Shown here in pieces: positions 12,201-22,900 of a DNA stretch of 64,000 bases. This stretch comes from Laetmonice hystrix (Eukaryota). Numbering within the stretch: position 1 is the stretch's first letter; every line of letters begins with the position of its first letter. Made by a program: the position numbers and the translations under genes. Below the pieces are notes generated by a model, which worked only from the letters and a program-made list of their open reading frames with translations, was not told the origin of the DNA and did not search any database. The stretch spans positions 5,148,001-5,212,000 of the forward strand of contig OZ249436.1 of the NCBI GenBank assembly GCA_965235115.1. Direction: 5' to 3'.

Positions 12201-14419
12201 ATTAGATGATCGATGATCTATTCTAGGCTAATGCACTCTTTGGCCAGGCTTAGGGCGGACCGGTTAGACTACCTATTAGTAGCCTATAGGCTACGTCTAG
12301 TAGGCCTATAGGCCATCTAGCCAGTGCCTAGATCTAGACTCTATACTATAGTGGAGTGGAGTTTTGCCGTCAAGAACAGTAGGCTATATTATGTCCCTAT
12401 CCTGAATGAGACTCTATGGCCTGTTGTTACGGTAATTTTTGGCTATTTGGTAATTTTACGGGACAACTCCGTAACTTAGTTTAGGCTACCTACTGGGTGT
12501 CTACCGTAAGTCTTGAATATAGGCCGTTTTCAACCTCCAAAACGGCGAAAAAATGGTAAATACGGGGTTTTCCCCGTCAACTCCTAATAACGGTAACATT
12601 CTGTAATACCTTAACGGTATTTTTACTGTAAGTTTGCCGTTAAGAACAGTAAACACGGTATTTTTTGCTTTACGGGACAAGTCAGTAATTTTTTACAGGG
12701 TTTCTACCGTAAATCACGAATTTGGCCCGTTTTCCACCTGCATAACGGTGAATAACACTAGTTACGGGGGGTTTCCCGTTAATTTATACGAACGGTAAGA
12801 TTCCGTAATATTTTAACTGTATTTTTACCGTAAGTCTGCCGTTATTTTTTACAGTGTACCGTATCAACTGTGTTATACCGTATCAACGTGATATACCCTA
12901 ACAATGGTGATATACCATATCAACTGTGATATACCGTAACAGTGGTGATATACCATATCAACGGTTAGATACCGTAACAATGGAAATATAGACTACCATA
13001 TCAACGGTTATAGACCGTAACAATGATGGTATACCATATCAAAGGTGATATACCGTAACAATGGTATACCATATCAACGGTTGGATACCGTAACAATGGC
13101 GATATGACGATTAATGATCTTATTACATCAAATAGAAGTTTCAAGATTGTATTGTCGTGCTTGAACATTGAGTCAGACTTACCCAAACTCCCCTGCGCCA
13201 GGTCGAAGCGCGTCGCCCCATGGACAAAGAATTTTGGTGGCCGTTTGGTGATTTCCTATCATTATAAGAAAATTTCTGATATCACCCTTTTATTGTACTT
13301 TGATTTTGAGATTATGAGGACTTTTTCAGAAACAGGGAAGACCTACAGATTTGAATCGAGATTTCAAGGATTGAGCTGAAGAAACCATTTTTGGGCCTAT
13401 CATAACTGCATGTGATCAACATTATATCATTATATTACACCTAAATAAGACTAGTATTGTAAAGATGCTCCATCTGGATCCATGCACCAAACCTGGCTAC
13501 AGTCTGGGCTACTGCTCAGCGTACTCGGCGCAGCAAGGGCTACGATGTAGTTTTAAAAAAACTCATAATAAATGGCAAATTCTAGCCGGGCATTGGGGTG
13601 AATGGATCGGGCAGACAAGGCGCTGAAGTCTCTGGGAGGTTACCCGCCCCATGGGGTGGTACCCTGACCCTACTCCACCCCACCCAACCCCCAGCTCCTG
13701 GAGCAGTACGGGGACGGGCGCAGGAGATAAACAAAAATATGAATGACTCATCATCTTTTTCCCACCACTGCATGGGAAGGAGAAATCCCCCAGTCTACCT
13801 TTGTTTCTACCCAAAGGTTTCCAACGTGTTATAACGGTTCAGGTATAATACAGAATTATTTTGTAGAAAGTAGCTTAAATATCAAATTTACGTTGAATCA
13901 TGGGTTTTGGGGTAGGGGCCGGTTTTGAGAGGTGCTGAAGGAAGAATTAAAGCCATTAGTTAGAATTCATTCTATTCTCCTATAAATATAGCCTGCTGCA
14001 CGATTATTTTTCCGAAATAAGCCAATGTGGGATATGCTGCCTCAATCACTCCTCATCCTGTGTTATGAACTCAAACAAAACACTAATTAAAAAATTAAAA
14101 GGAGTTTCGTGAAAAACGTGAGCATGCGGCGGGTTACGGTGACGGATCCATGGTGGGAGATTGACTTTTGAGGGGAAATACAGTGTGACAACTCCACTTA
14201 AACGATCTGTCCCCCCTCCCCCCATCTACTCCTGCATTGGCCCATGTCAGGATCGAGTACACCTTGCACACTCACCCTGGGCCTCCTCCACTCCCGGCGG
14301 CCGGGGTCGATGTCGTAGACGGAGATGGACTCGTTCGTAGCTGGGAAGTCTGGATCCTCCCACAGCCGGGCTGTCCGCATAGGCCTACATTTCTCCTTGA
14401 TCTCCTCAAAGGTCGGCAT
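230..14419 (-). CDS. Calpain (CysPc protease domain), 5' part; gene continues beyond the left window edge
   Basis: Manually spliced exons (minus strand, all GT-AG, phases consistent): 14419-14276 (MPTFEEIK...WEDPDFPA...WRRPR), 13255-13183 ([17 protein letters not shown]), 6010-5909 (GDCWFLAS, catalytic Cys), 5400-5244 ([23 protein letters not shown]...[14 protein letters not shown]), 3339-3162 (LHGSY...DLTGG), 2594-2511 (GHAYSVT, catalytic His), 762-677 (RLRNPWG, catalytic Asn), 307-230 (DDGEFW). These are canonical calpain motifs; the subfamily cannot be assigned. Confidence 0.96.
885..2558. repeat. 60-bp tandem array, 28 copies, made of the calpain exon-6 3' end plus its 5' splice site
   Basis: Minus-strand unit GAACGGACTGTACAAGGGGCATGCCTATAGTGTCACCGCTGTCATGCAA|GTAAGTCAATT. 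Variants recur at 660-bp spacing (1161/1821, 1191/1851, 1361/2021). Confidence 0.98.
2682..2918. mobile_element. Small inverted-repeat element (MITE-like)
   Basis: gttcgctctaagaagagctcgaccccggcctcattaaagct (2711-2751) is the near-perfect reverse complement of agctttaatgaggccgaggtcgagctcctcgtagagcgaac (2870-2910); outer ends tagtct/agacta. Confidence 0.6.
3063..3194. repeat. Two-copy duplication (83-bp period) of the calpain exon-5 3' end plus donor
   Basis: actgata(c/t)caccgtactcggatggaggcccccatcaagga(g/a)ccagcgttg at 3063 and 3146. Confidence 0.9.
3331..4611. repeat. 45/42-bp tandem array, about 29 copies, made of the calpain exon-5 acceptor plus first 9 exon nt
   Basis: Minus-strand unit ACCTTCGTTTGAAGTTTACTTTCCTGTATACTGCAG|GCTGCACGG; the copy at 3331 continues into exon 5 (LHGSYG). 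Confidence 0.97.
6975..8820. mobile_element. Foldback element with about 900-bp inverted arms, nested in the CACTA element (Sola2-like by termini and TSD)
   Basis: GGGTCATTCCATGTCAAATCGACCA at 6975 and TGGTCGATTTGACATGGAATGACCC ending 8820; 4-bp TSD TCGT (6971-6974, 8821-8824). Arms mirror each other in to an AT-only centre near 7810-7990. The family call rests on my recollection that Sola2 has GRG termini and a 4-bp TSD. Confidence 0.85.
9571..10216 (-). pseudogene. Spliced C-terminal remnant of a transposon accessory gene (SAMD3-like C-terminus by recollection)
   Basis: Phase-consistent exons 10216-10147 ([23 protein letters not shown]), 9989-9830 (GNPL...[24 protein letters not shown]) and 9699-9571 ([10 protein letters not shown]...[17 protein letters not shown]). 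The stop is formed on splicing to an acceptor at 9360. The N-terminal part is missing. Confidence 0.65.
11760..11945. promoter_or_regulatory. Promoter-like motif cluster inside the CACTA element
   Basis: GGGAACTACA, two TGACGTCA (CRE) palindromes (about 11812, 11876), CCGGATGT (ETS-like) and AAGATGGCG (YY1-like) within about 150 bp; a minus-strand donor TG|GTAAGT at 11715 lies just downstream. Confidence 0.5.
12857..13103. repeat. Degenerate host micro-repeat (ataccgtaacaatggtgatataccatatcaacggt-like), split by the CACTA insertion
   Basis: Repeated ataccgtaaca / ataccatatcaac motifs; matching tatcaactgtgatata motifs at 6028-6065 on the other side of the element. Confidence 0.8.
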
Positions 14420-14879
14420 TCTATGGGTCAATTCTCAGTCCGGAACATGAACTAGGCGCCTTGAATTCCTGGGCTGACAGCGGAGCAAACACTGTGACAA
14501 GGAACTGAGATATAGCAGGTCTAGCCGAGTTCTATTTGGCCTCCCATGGATGCCTGGTTTAGCAATCACTAGATAACCGTAGTTTATGTATTCCTGTAGG
14601 TCCACACAGAGAAACGTGGATCCCGGCCCAGGAGGAATCCTACATAGCAGGAGCTGCAAGTCTGGACTGGTAGTCCTGGAACAGCCGCAAACTTTTGACA
14701 CGTGCGCTTTAATCGCACAGTGTTCACCGAAATAAACAATGCTGGAAGATATTAGACCTGTATATCTCAGTGTACTGGAGGAAAGGCAGACCGTACTCTA
14801 TCGTATACAGGCCAACAAGTCTATAGTGTTAGGGCTATGGTTGACTATATTGAGATGACGTAGGCGTATAGATGTAGGC

Positions 14880-15020
14880 CTGCCCCCAGCCCCCAGCCCC
14901 CCAGCCCCCAGCCCCCAGCCCCCAGCCCCTATACACCCCCCCTCCAGCCCCCAGCCCCCAGCCCCCATACACACACCCAAGCAACGCTCGCTGAGCCACC
15001 AACCCCGCCCGGATATATAG
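14880..15020 (-). promoter_or_regulatory. Candidate calpain proximal promoter: (GCCCCCA)n GC-box tract with adjacent TATA-like and GGGCGGGG motifs
   Basis: About 9 imperfect gccccca repeats, then on the minus strand CTATATATCCGGGCGGGG at about 15003-15020; roughly 0.5 kb upstream of the ATG. Confidence 0.3.
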
Positions 15021-15609
15021 AACCTACATGTGCCCCCGTTCCTCAGCCTTCCCCGGCTGCTGAGGTATACCAGGTGTGTATATACGATTACACCCCACTC
15101 GTTCACGGCTGGGCCCAGACCAACGACAGGGCGGCGGCGGCGGCGGGTCTATGGTAACCATTGTAGGCCTCCCATGATCTAGACGGGGGGGGGGGGGGGG
15201 GGGGGGGGGCATAGGGGCAATCTTCTGGAATGTTGTTCTGTTAATGAAAATTAAGGATCCCTTGCCCCCTGACCTTTTTACTCGCCCGCTCCGACATAAC
15301 GGTGGCGTACAGCGGGTCGGGGGAGGGGGTAGCCTGTCTATATTTGGGTTTAAGAACAAGAACGCAATGTCTCACGTTGTCACCCAGGGACATGATTCCA
15401 ATAGTAGGCTAACCAGCATGAGTGTTTCTGTAGGCGATCTAGGCCAGTAATTTAGGCTACCTCGTAAGCTATGACGAGCAGAACGTATCCCGGCTTAAAC
15501 ACCCCAGATCTATCCAGAAACACTGTTGGAACTATGGCAATCTAGAAAAAATATCGACTAGACTAGACTCGATAGTCCGACCAGAAGGTCCCTTTGATTC
15601 ACAATATAG

Positions 15610-15920
15610 GTTACTTCCGATAGATGCCAGTAGATGGCATCACTTTGTAGCACAAGTATCTGGTAACTTCCGCTATATACCGGTAGGTGGCTCTTATATA
15701 CTTACTAGTAGAAATCGATGATCGAGTTAGCCGATTTGGGAGAAACGATACACAATGTTACCAGTAGGTGGCTCTTTGGTGTGCACAAGGTAGTTTCCGA
15801 AATACGCCAGTAGGTGGCGCTTTCTGTACACCATCAGATTATTTCCGAAATCTGCCAGTAGGTGGCACTTTGATGAGCAGCGTCGGATAAGTTCAGAGGG
15901 ATGCCACTAGGTGGCACTTT
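15610..15920 (+). promoter_or_regulatory. Cluster of six co-oriented CTCF-like motifs (candidate insulator)
   Basis: CCAGTAGATGGCA 15627, CCGGTAGGTGGCT 15680, CCAGTAGGTGGCT 15761, CCAGTAGGTGGCGC 15807, CCAGTAGGTGGCAC 15855, CCACTAGGTGGCAC 15904; compare the CTCF core CCASYAGRKGGCRS. Confidence 0.7.
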
Positions 15921-17143
15921 GAAATAGGCCTACGAACTAGCCTACCTCTAATATACCAGCCATCGGGAATCCTCGGCCAATTCTTCGAAAGTAGCCGCGG
16001 TGGTGAATTCAGCGCCATTTTCAGCATTGCACGGCGGGTAGGCCTACATTGAGCTGGGACTGCCATCATGGAAGTATTTTGTCTGCATCAGGCATGGAAG
16101 CAACACTGAGTATAGGCCTAGTAGGCCTAGCCTACAGGTCCGGATCCAGGATTTCTTTTTAGTTTTTTTTAAAGGATTTCTTGGGGGGGGGGGGGGGCAG
16201 CCTATTGCGACACAAGAAAATCTTTTCTTCGCCCTTCGTCCTTCTCCTTCGTCCCCCACCCCCCGTAGATCCGGGCTGCAGCCCCCCATAGTCTATCAAA
16301 AGTGTGTTTGTTTGTGTTGAACCTTGACTGAGTGTCGTCCCAGTTGCCAGCAGCAAACAGGGACTGACATCGCGGGTCGTTAAAACTATACCTCCAATGC
16401 GAACTCACCGCTGTGTACAATTTGTCGTGAATTATGCCGTTTGATCAAATTGGTGTATTTCTTCTCATCAAAGCGCTCCACTGCTCATTTTTTTCGTTTT
16501 TATCACATATATTTGTAAATCAGACGTTTGAAAATTCGAACCGAGCAGTTTGATTTCCGTTGCCTGCAATGTTGTTAGTCCTAATGTGCATGTGGCCAGT
16601 AGGGGAGCATACCATCACACATTAGGAGCCAAGCACTCCGAGATCCAGGCCCCCTTCTTAGATACTAGCTGCTCCCTTTGTTTATTTAAAATGGCCGCCG
16701 GCCGTGACGTTGAAGTGCCTACTTGGTTTGGAAAATCACCTGAATCTGCTTTGCAGAAGGACTTCAGCTAAATTCATTGGACTCAATGGCTGCAGGTAAA
16801 GGCAAAGCTTCATTTGAAATGAGTGGCTATGTGCGCTATAGCATCCCATTCTGCGCGTTTTAAAATTCTCTCATTTGTGTTACTTTGATAATGGGCCGAG
16901 ATGGGCAACTACGACCATCCTTCCTGTATAGGCCTAGGCCCTAATACAAATAGACATGTAGCCTACAACAAATCGAATTATATTAGTTTTCGGCGTGTCA
17001 GTTTCTTATAGTGTTGACCTGGTAGGAAGAAAACGGAAATAGAACCGGACACAGGTTTTCCTAGCTATAGATGCCGACTGCCACCTTCAACAGAAGGCGA
17101 TCAGATGATGGCCCGTGTATCTGTGAGCAATCCAGGAACTCAT

Positions 17144-17222
17144 CCGTCATCCAATCACAGGGCTGGAACCCTGGGACGGCCGTCATCCAATCACAGGGCT
17201 GGAACCCTGGGACGGCCGTCAT
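17144..17222. repeat. 36-bp tandem duplication containing CCAAT
   Basis: ccgtcatccaatcacagggctggaaccctgggacgg at 17144 and 17180. Confidence 0.9.
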
Positions 17223-18869
17223 CCCGCGCAGTGGAATCTGGGTCACCCTGACGTAAACTATGGACCCGATGACGGGCTCAGCAACCCCCCCCCCCCCCGC
17301 CCGACATCCCCACCTCTGCTCCAGCTCGGCAGTGGGATGTCAACGGGGCTGTAGAGGTAGGCCGTGTTTCAGGCTGCAGGTGTGAGGGCGGGGAGAGGGA
17401 AGGCACAGAGCATTTTGTATAGAAGTAGCTCAGGATAGTTTACACAGCTCATTTATCTCATCCTGGTAAAGGGGTTGATATACTGAATACATCATTATAA
17501 ATCATTATCTCTACATACCCTACATAGCGCCTGAGAACTAGTCGCATATATTCACACACAGAGACGGATCCGGGCGCACCTGGCGAGCTCTTCTCCCCCT
17601 CCCTGAAGACCATATTTTGACGTTAGCAGAGGCAGTACGTAGGGGGTGGGGGCGCGTCGCCCCCTTTCAAAATTCTTTGATCCCCTATCCCCCGAATTGA
17701 GAAGCACTTGTGTGCCCCCTGCCCAGACTGTTTCATTATTCGGATTAGTGCCTGGCAGGATTACCAGAAGCAGCAGAAACACGCCATATACATGTCAGCC
17801 ATGCATGCCCGTATATAATACACCTGAATGTTTGGTATGTCCATAATACATGACAAACACATGTTGGGGGGTTTCCATCCAGTAACCAATGCGCAATCGT
17901 ATGTAGGCCTACAAGGACGCCTGCAGCCTATACACACGGTGTGTACCATCAAAACAAGTGCGTACCATCAAAACAAATAAAATATATAAAATAATTCTTT
18001 TAATGTTTCCGGCCGTCAGCCCCTATAGGTACCCGGGTAGACTATAGAGTAATCAACTCTGGGAGGAGTGTATAATAGGCCTATCCGCAAGCTGGACCTC
18101 TAGCGAGAAAAAGGGTCTGGTGAGCGAGACTAATAGGCCTATCTCAAACCCTACAGGCGCCCTGCATACCATAGAGACTATCATGATGGGTCAGGATGTT
18201 ATATCTGATTTCTTACACAATATATCTTCTTTTAACTTACATCTGATCCCTATGTGACTTAATAAAATATATCTTCTTATATCTTCTATCTGATCTCTAT
18301 GTGACTTATACCATGAATCTTCTTATATCTTACATCTGATCTCTATGTGACTTATTTCGGTCGATGAATCCCCTGACGCGAACCCTGGCAATCTGATGTT
18401 CAACATGTGCACTCGATCTATGTCATTTTAAGCATTATATATTATTTCAATATACACAGTTGCTCTACAAAGCAGGCTGTGGTACAGAGACAACGATAAA
18501 TGGATATGAAACACGCACATAATCCGCTGGCTACACAGATAAATGCGTGCAAGGAGTGCTTTCAGCATTTATGAATTCATTTGGAACAACGACCCAGGTA
18601 CTGCTATCTCAGCCCCATGGTTCGTACCACGCCATCCAAGTATACACGTTTGGTACTGCAATGGGGTCAAGAGCAGGAGGCTTCGCTGTCGATTTTTAGA
18701 AAATAAATTACGTGCTGTGAATAATAGTGACACGGAACTAATGAATCAGTTAAAATGATTCAGTTCGAAGAAATAGGTCATCAATGAGAGCGATACGGAA
18801 GGAAAATTGGCTGCAAGGCGATGGCATCTGTGTGTAGGTTGATAAAATCATTTAATGAATTATTCTCAT

Positions 18870-19260
18870 TCGGGGAGTGAGTGGGGGAGTGAGCGAGTTG
18901 TAGGTTACTCCCTGTCGACAGTGTTTCAGTCATATTCAGGGCGTTATGAACCATTAGCCGAAATACTTCAATCAAGGGACCTATTTTATCCCCGAGTCCC
19001 AGGGGGTGGGTGGTGATGAGGATGAAGTGAGAAAGAAACCTGCCACCGGGAGGCAATTCCCTACTCTTTTTGAAAAATGGCAAGGGTTCTTTTATATGCC
19101 TCGTCACACCGACACGGCTGGACATACCAAAACCGTTGACGACCCAGTTGCCGAGCACTGGGGAGGACCAGTGAGAAATGGTACTGGAAGGCTGGAAATC
19201 CAGCTGTGCCATGCAGATGATTTTGCAATCCGACACTCGACCACTTCCCCATAACAGCCC
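18870..19260 (-). mobile_element. Probable tRNA-derived SINE
   Basis: Minus strand begins with an A-box-like TGGGGAAGTGGT near 19250 and ends in an (ACTC)n-like tail near 18875-18900. The central segment (caagggttcttttatatgcc...gacataccaaaacc...ccagtt...gagcactgg) resembles conserved invertebrate SINE core domains, from memory. Confidence 0.55.
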
Positions 19261-19959
19261 TTTCGCCATTTGTCACCTTTTACGAACAGCCGGGGGTTGA
19301 AGTGAGGATCATTCTTACCTCTGATCCCCAAGGGAGTCTCATTCGGAGATGACTAAACTGCTGGTGATAACTGGGGATAGAAGTAATTATTGAAGAAAAG
19401 GTTGCAATATTTTTTACCGTGCCTGAATTTGTATGGACCTCGAACGTGCAGGTCAATGTTGTGGACGTTAAATAGAATGTATTTTGCCTAATTACGCCAC
19501 GCTGAATCAGCACCAGACGCTGATCGGAGCGTGAATTACGCATGCGCAATGTACCGGTATAGACAAAGCTCTGAAGTTAATATCGATTTTCTGCTTATTT
19601 TCTGGAACAAGTATAAAAGATGGCAACAATAAATGTACAAATTCTGTTACCCATTTTGTATCGGTCCTCTAAGTTGTCGGACGTAAGGAGGCGAAGTTCG
19701 TTTGTGTTCATTTTGTGAGGATACCCAGATGTGATAACTGTCACACCAATGTAGATTTACCAGGGAGAAACAAATCTTAGATTGGATGCGAACTTTCAGA
19801 TGGATGTGTGAGCCAACTCCGCAACGTAATTTGTCGGCGAAACACTTCCCATTTACAGATTAGAGGGACGATACGAACGAGGACAATCGAACACAGGATC
19901 AATATCCGAGAGACGCTCCCTTTGACCTTGACCTCCAGCTTCTGGTCGCCATCCCGTCC

Positions 19960-22900
19960 CCGGTCTGTGACGAGTGAGTCTGAGGGCGGTCAATGGTATC
20001 ATGGACGGGCTGGGGGTCGGGGAAGGCGGCCCCTCGGTCTGTGACGAGTGAGTCTATGGGTGGTCAATGGTATGGACGGGCTGGGGGTCGGGGAAGGCGG
20101 CCCTCGGTCTGTGACGAGTGAGTCTGAGGGCAGTCAATGGTATGGACGGGCTGGGGGTCGGGGAAGGCGGCCCTCGGTCTGTGACGAGTGAGTCTGAGGG
20201 CGGTCAATGGTATGGACGGGCTGGGGGTCGGGGAAGGCGGCCCTCGGTCTGTGACGAGTGAGTCTGAGGGCGGTCAATGGTATCATGGACAGGCTGGGGG
20301 TCGGGGAAGGCGCCCCTCGGTCTGTGACGAGTGAGTCTGAGGGCGGTCAATGGTATGGACGGGCTGGGGGTCGGGGAAGGCGGCCCTCGGTCTGTGACGA
20401 GTGAGTCTGAGGGCGGTCAATGGTATGGACGGGCTGGGGGTCGGGGAAGGCGGCCCTCGGTCTGTGACGAGTGAGTCTGAGGGCGGTCAATGGTATGGAC
20501 GGGCTGGGGGTCGGGGAAGGCGGGCATGGACGGGCTGGGGGTCGGGGAAGGCGGCCCTCGGTCTGTGACGAGTGAGTCTGAGGGCGGTCAATGGTATCAT
20601 GGACAGGCTGGGGGTCGGGGAAGGCGCCCCTCGGTCTGTGACGAGTGAGTCTGAGGGCGGTCAATGGTATGGACGGGCTGGGGGTCGGGGAAGGCGGCCC
20701 TCGGTCTGTGACGAGTGAGTCTGAGGGCGGTCAATGGTATGGACGGGCTGGGGGTCGGGGAAGGCGGCCCTCGGTCTGTGACGAGTGAGTCTGAGGGCGG
20801 TCAATGGTATGGACGGGCTGGGGGTCGGGGAAGGCGGCCCTCGGTCTGTGACGAGTGAGTCTGAGGGCGGTCAATGGTATCATGGACGGGCTGGGGGTCG
20901 GGGAAGGCGGCCCCCGGTCTGTGACGAGTGAGTCCGAGGGCGGTCAATGGTATGGACGGGCTGGGGGTCGGGGAAGGCGGCCCTCGGTCTGTGACGAGTG
21001 AGTCCGAGGGCGGTCAATGGTATGGACGGGCTGGGGGTCGGGGAAGGCGGCCCTCGGTCTGTGACGAGTGAGTCTGAGGGCGGTCAATGGTATGGACGGG
21101 CTGGGGGTCGGCCCTCGGTCTGTGACGAGTGAGTCTGGGGCGGTCAATGGTATGGACGGGCTGGGGGTCGGGGAAGGCGGCCCTCGGTCTGTGACGAGTG
21201 AGTCTGAGGGCGGTCAATGGTATGGACGGGCTGGGGGTCGGGGAAGGCGGCCCTCGGTCTGTGACGAGTGAGTCTGAGGGCGGTCAATGGTATGGACGGG
21301 CTGGGGGTCGGGGAAGGCGGCCCTCGGTCTGTGACGAGTGAGTCTGAGGGCGGTCAATGGTATGGACGGGCTGGGGGTCGGGGAAGGCGGCCCTCGGTCT
21401 GTGACGAGTGAGTCTGAGGGCGGTCAATGGTATGGACGGGCTGGGGGTCGGGGAAGGCGGCCCTCGGTCTGTGACGAGTGAGTCTGAGGGCGGTCAATGG
21501 TATGGACGGGCTGGGGGTCGGGGAAGGCGGCCCTCGGTCTGTGACGAGTGAGTCTGAGGGCGGTCAATGGTATGGACGGGCTGGGGGTCGGGGAAGGCGG
21601 CCCTCGGTCTGTGACGAGTGAGTCTGAGGGCGGTCAATGGTATGGACGGGCTGGGGGTCGGGGAAGGCGGCCCTCGGTCTGTGACGAGTGAGTCTGAGGG
21701 CGGTCAATGGTATCATGGACGGGCTGGGGGTCGGGGAAGGCGGCCCCCGGTCTGTGACGAGTGAGTCTGAGGGCGGTCAATGGTATGGACGGGCTGGGGG
21801 TCGGGGAAGGCGGCCCTCGGTCTGTGACGAGTGAGTCTGAGGGCGGTCAATGGTATCATGGACGGGCTGGGGGTCGGGGAAGGCGGCCCTCGGTCTGTGA
21901 CGAGTGAGTCTGAGGGCGGTCAATGGTATGGACGGGCTGGGGGTCGGGGAAGGCGGCCCTCGGTCTGTGACGAGTGAGTCTGAGGGCGGTCAATGGTATG
22001 GACGGGCTGGGGGTCGGGGAAGGCGGCCCTCGGTCTGTGACGAGTGAGTCTGAGGGCGGTCAATGGTATGGACGGGCTGGGGGTCGGGGAAGGCGGCCCT
22101 CGGTCTGTGACGAGTGAGTCTGAGGGCGGTCAATGGTATGGACGGGCTGGGGGTCGGGGAAGGCGGCCCTCGGTCTGTGACGAGTGAGTCTGAGGGCGGT
22201 CAATGGTATGGACGGGCTGGGGGTCGGGGAAGGCGGCCCTCGGTCTGTGACGAGTGAGTCTGAGGGCGGTCAATGGTATGGACGGGCTGGGGGTCGGGGA
22301 AGGCGGCCCTCGGTCTGTGACGAGTGAGTCTGAGGGCGGTCAATGGTATGGACGGGCTGGGGGTCGGGGAAGGCGGCCCTCGGTCTGTGACGAGTGAGTC
22401 TGAGGGCGGTCAATGGTATGGACGGGCTGGGGGTCGGGGAAGGCGGCCCTCGGTCTGTGACGAGTGAGTCTGAGGGCGGTCAATGGTATGGACGGGCTGG
22501 GGGTCGGGGAAGGCGGCCCTCGGTCTGTGACGAGTGAGTCTGAGGGCGGTCAATGGTATGGACGGGCTGGGGGTCGGGGAAGGCGGCCCCCGGTCTGTGA
22601 CGAGTGAGTCTGAGGGCGGTCAATGGTATGGACGGGCTGGGGGTCGGGGAAGGCGGCCCTCGGTCTGTGACGAGTGAGTCTGAGGGCGGTCAATGGTATG
22701 GACGGGCTGGGGGTCGGGGAAGGCGGCCCTTGGTCTGTGACGAGTGAGTCTGAGGGCGGTCAATGGTATCATGGACGGGCTGGGGGTCGGGGAAGGCGGC
22801 CCTCGGTCTGTGACGAGTGAGTCCGAGGGCGGTCAATGGTATGGACGGGCTGGGGGTCGGGGAAGGCGGCCCTCGGTCTGTGACGAGTGAGTCTGAGGGC

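Larger units (their letters stand above)
6066..12856. mobile_element. EnSpm/CACTA (CMC)-type DNA transposon, internally deleted, in calpain intron 2
   Basis: Termini CACTGTAAAAAA (6066) and TTTTTTACAGTG (ends 12856), flanked by TA on both sides. Dense TTACGGTA/TACCGTAA subterminal repeats at about 6080-6500 and 12420-12840. The same host micro-repeat continues on both sides of the insertion. No transposase ORF found. Confidence 0.85.

Noticed and set aside
14435..14701. 88-codon ORF in frame with calpain, separated from it by a single TGA (possible read-through or N-terminal extension)
   Set aside because: GTG start, no recognisable similarity and no supporting signal; a 5' UTR or intron explains it.
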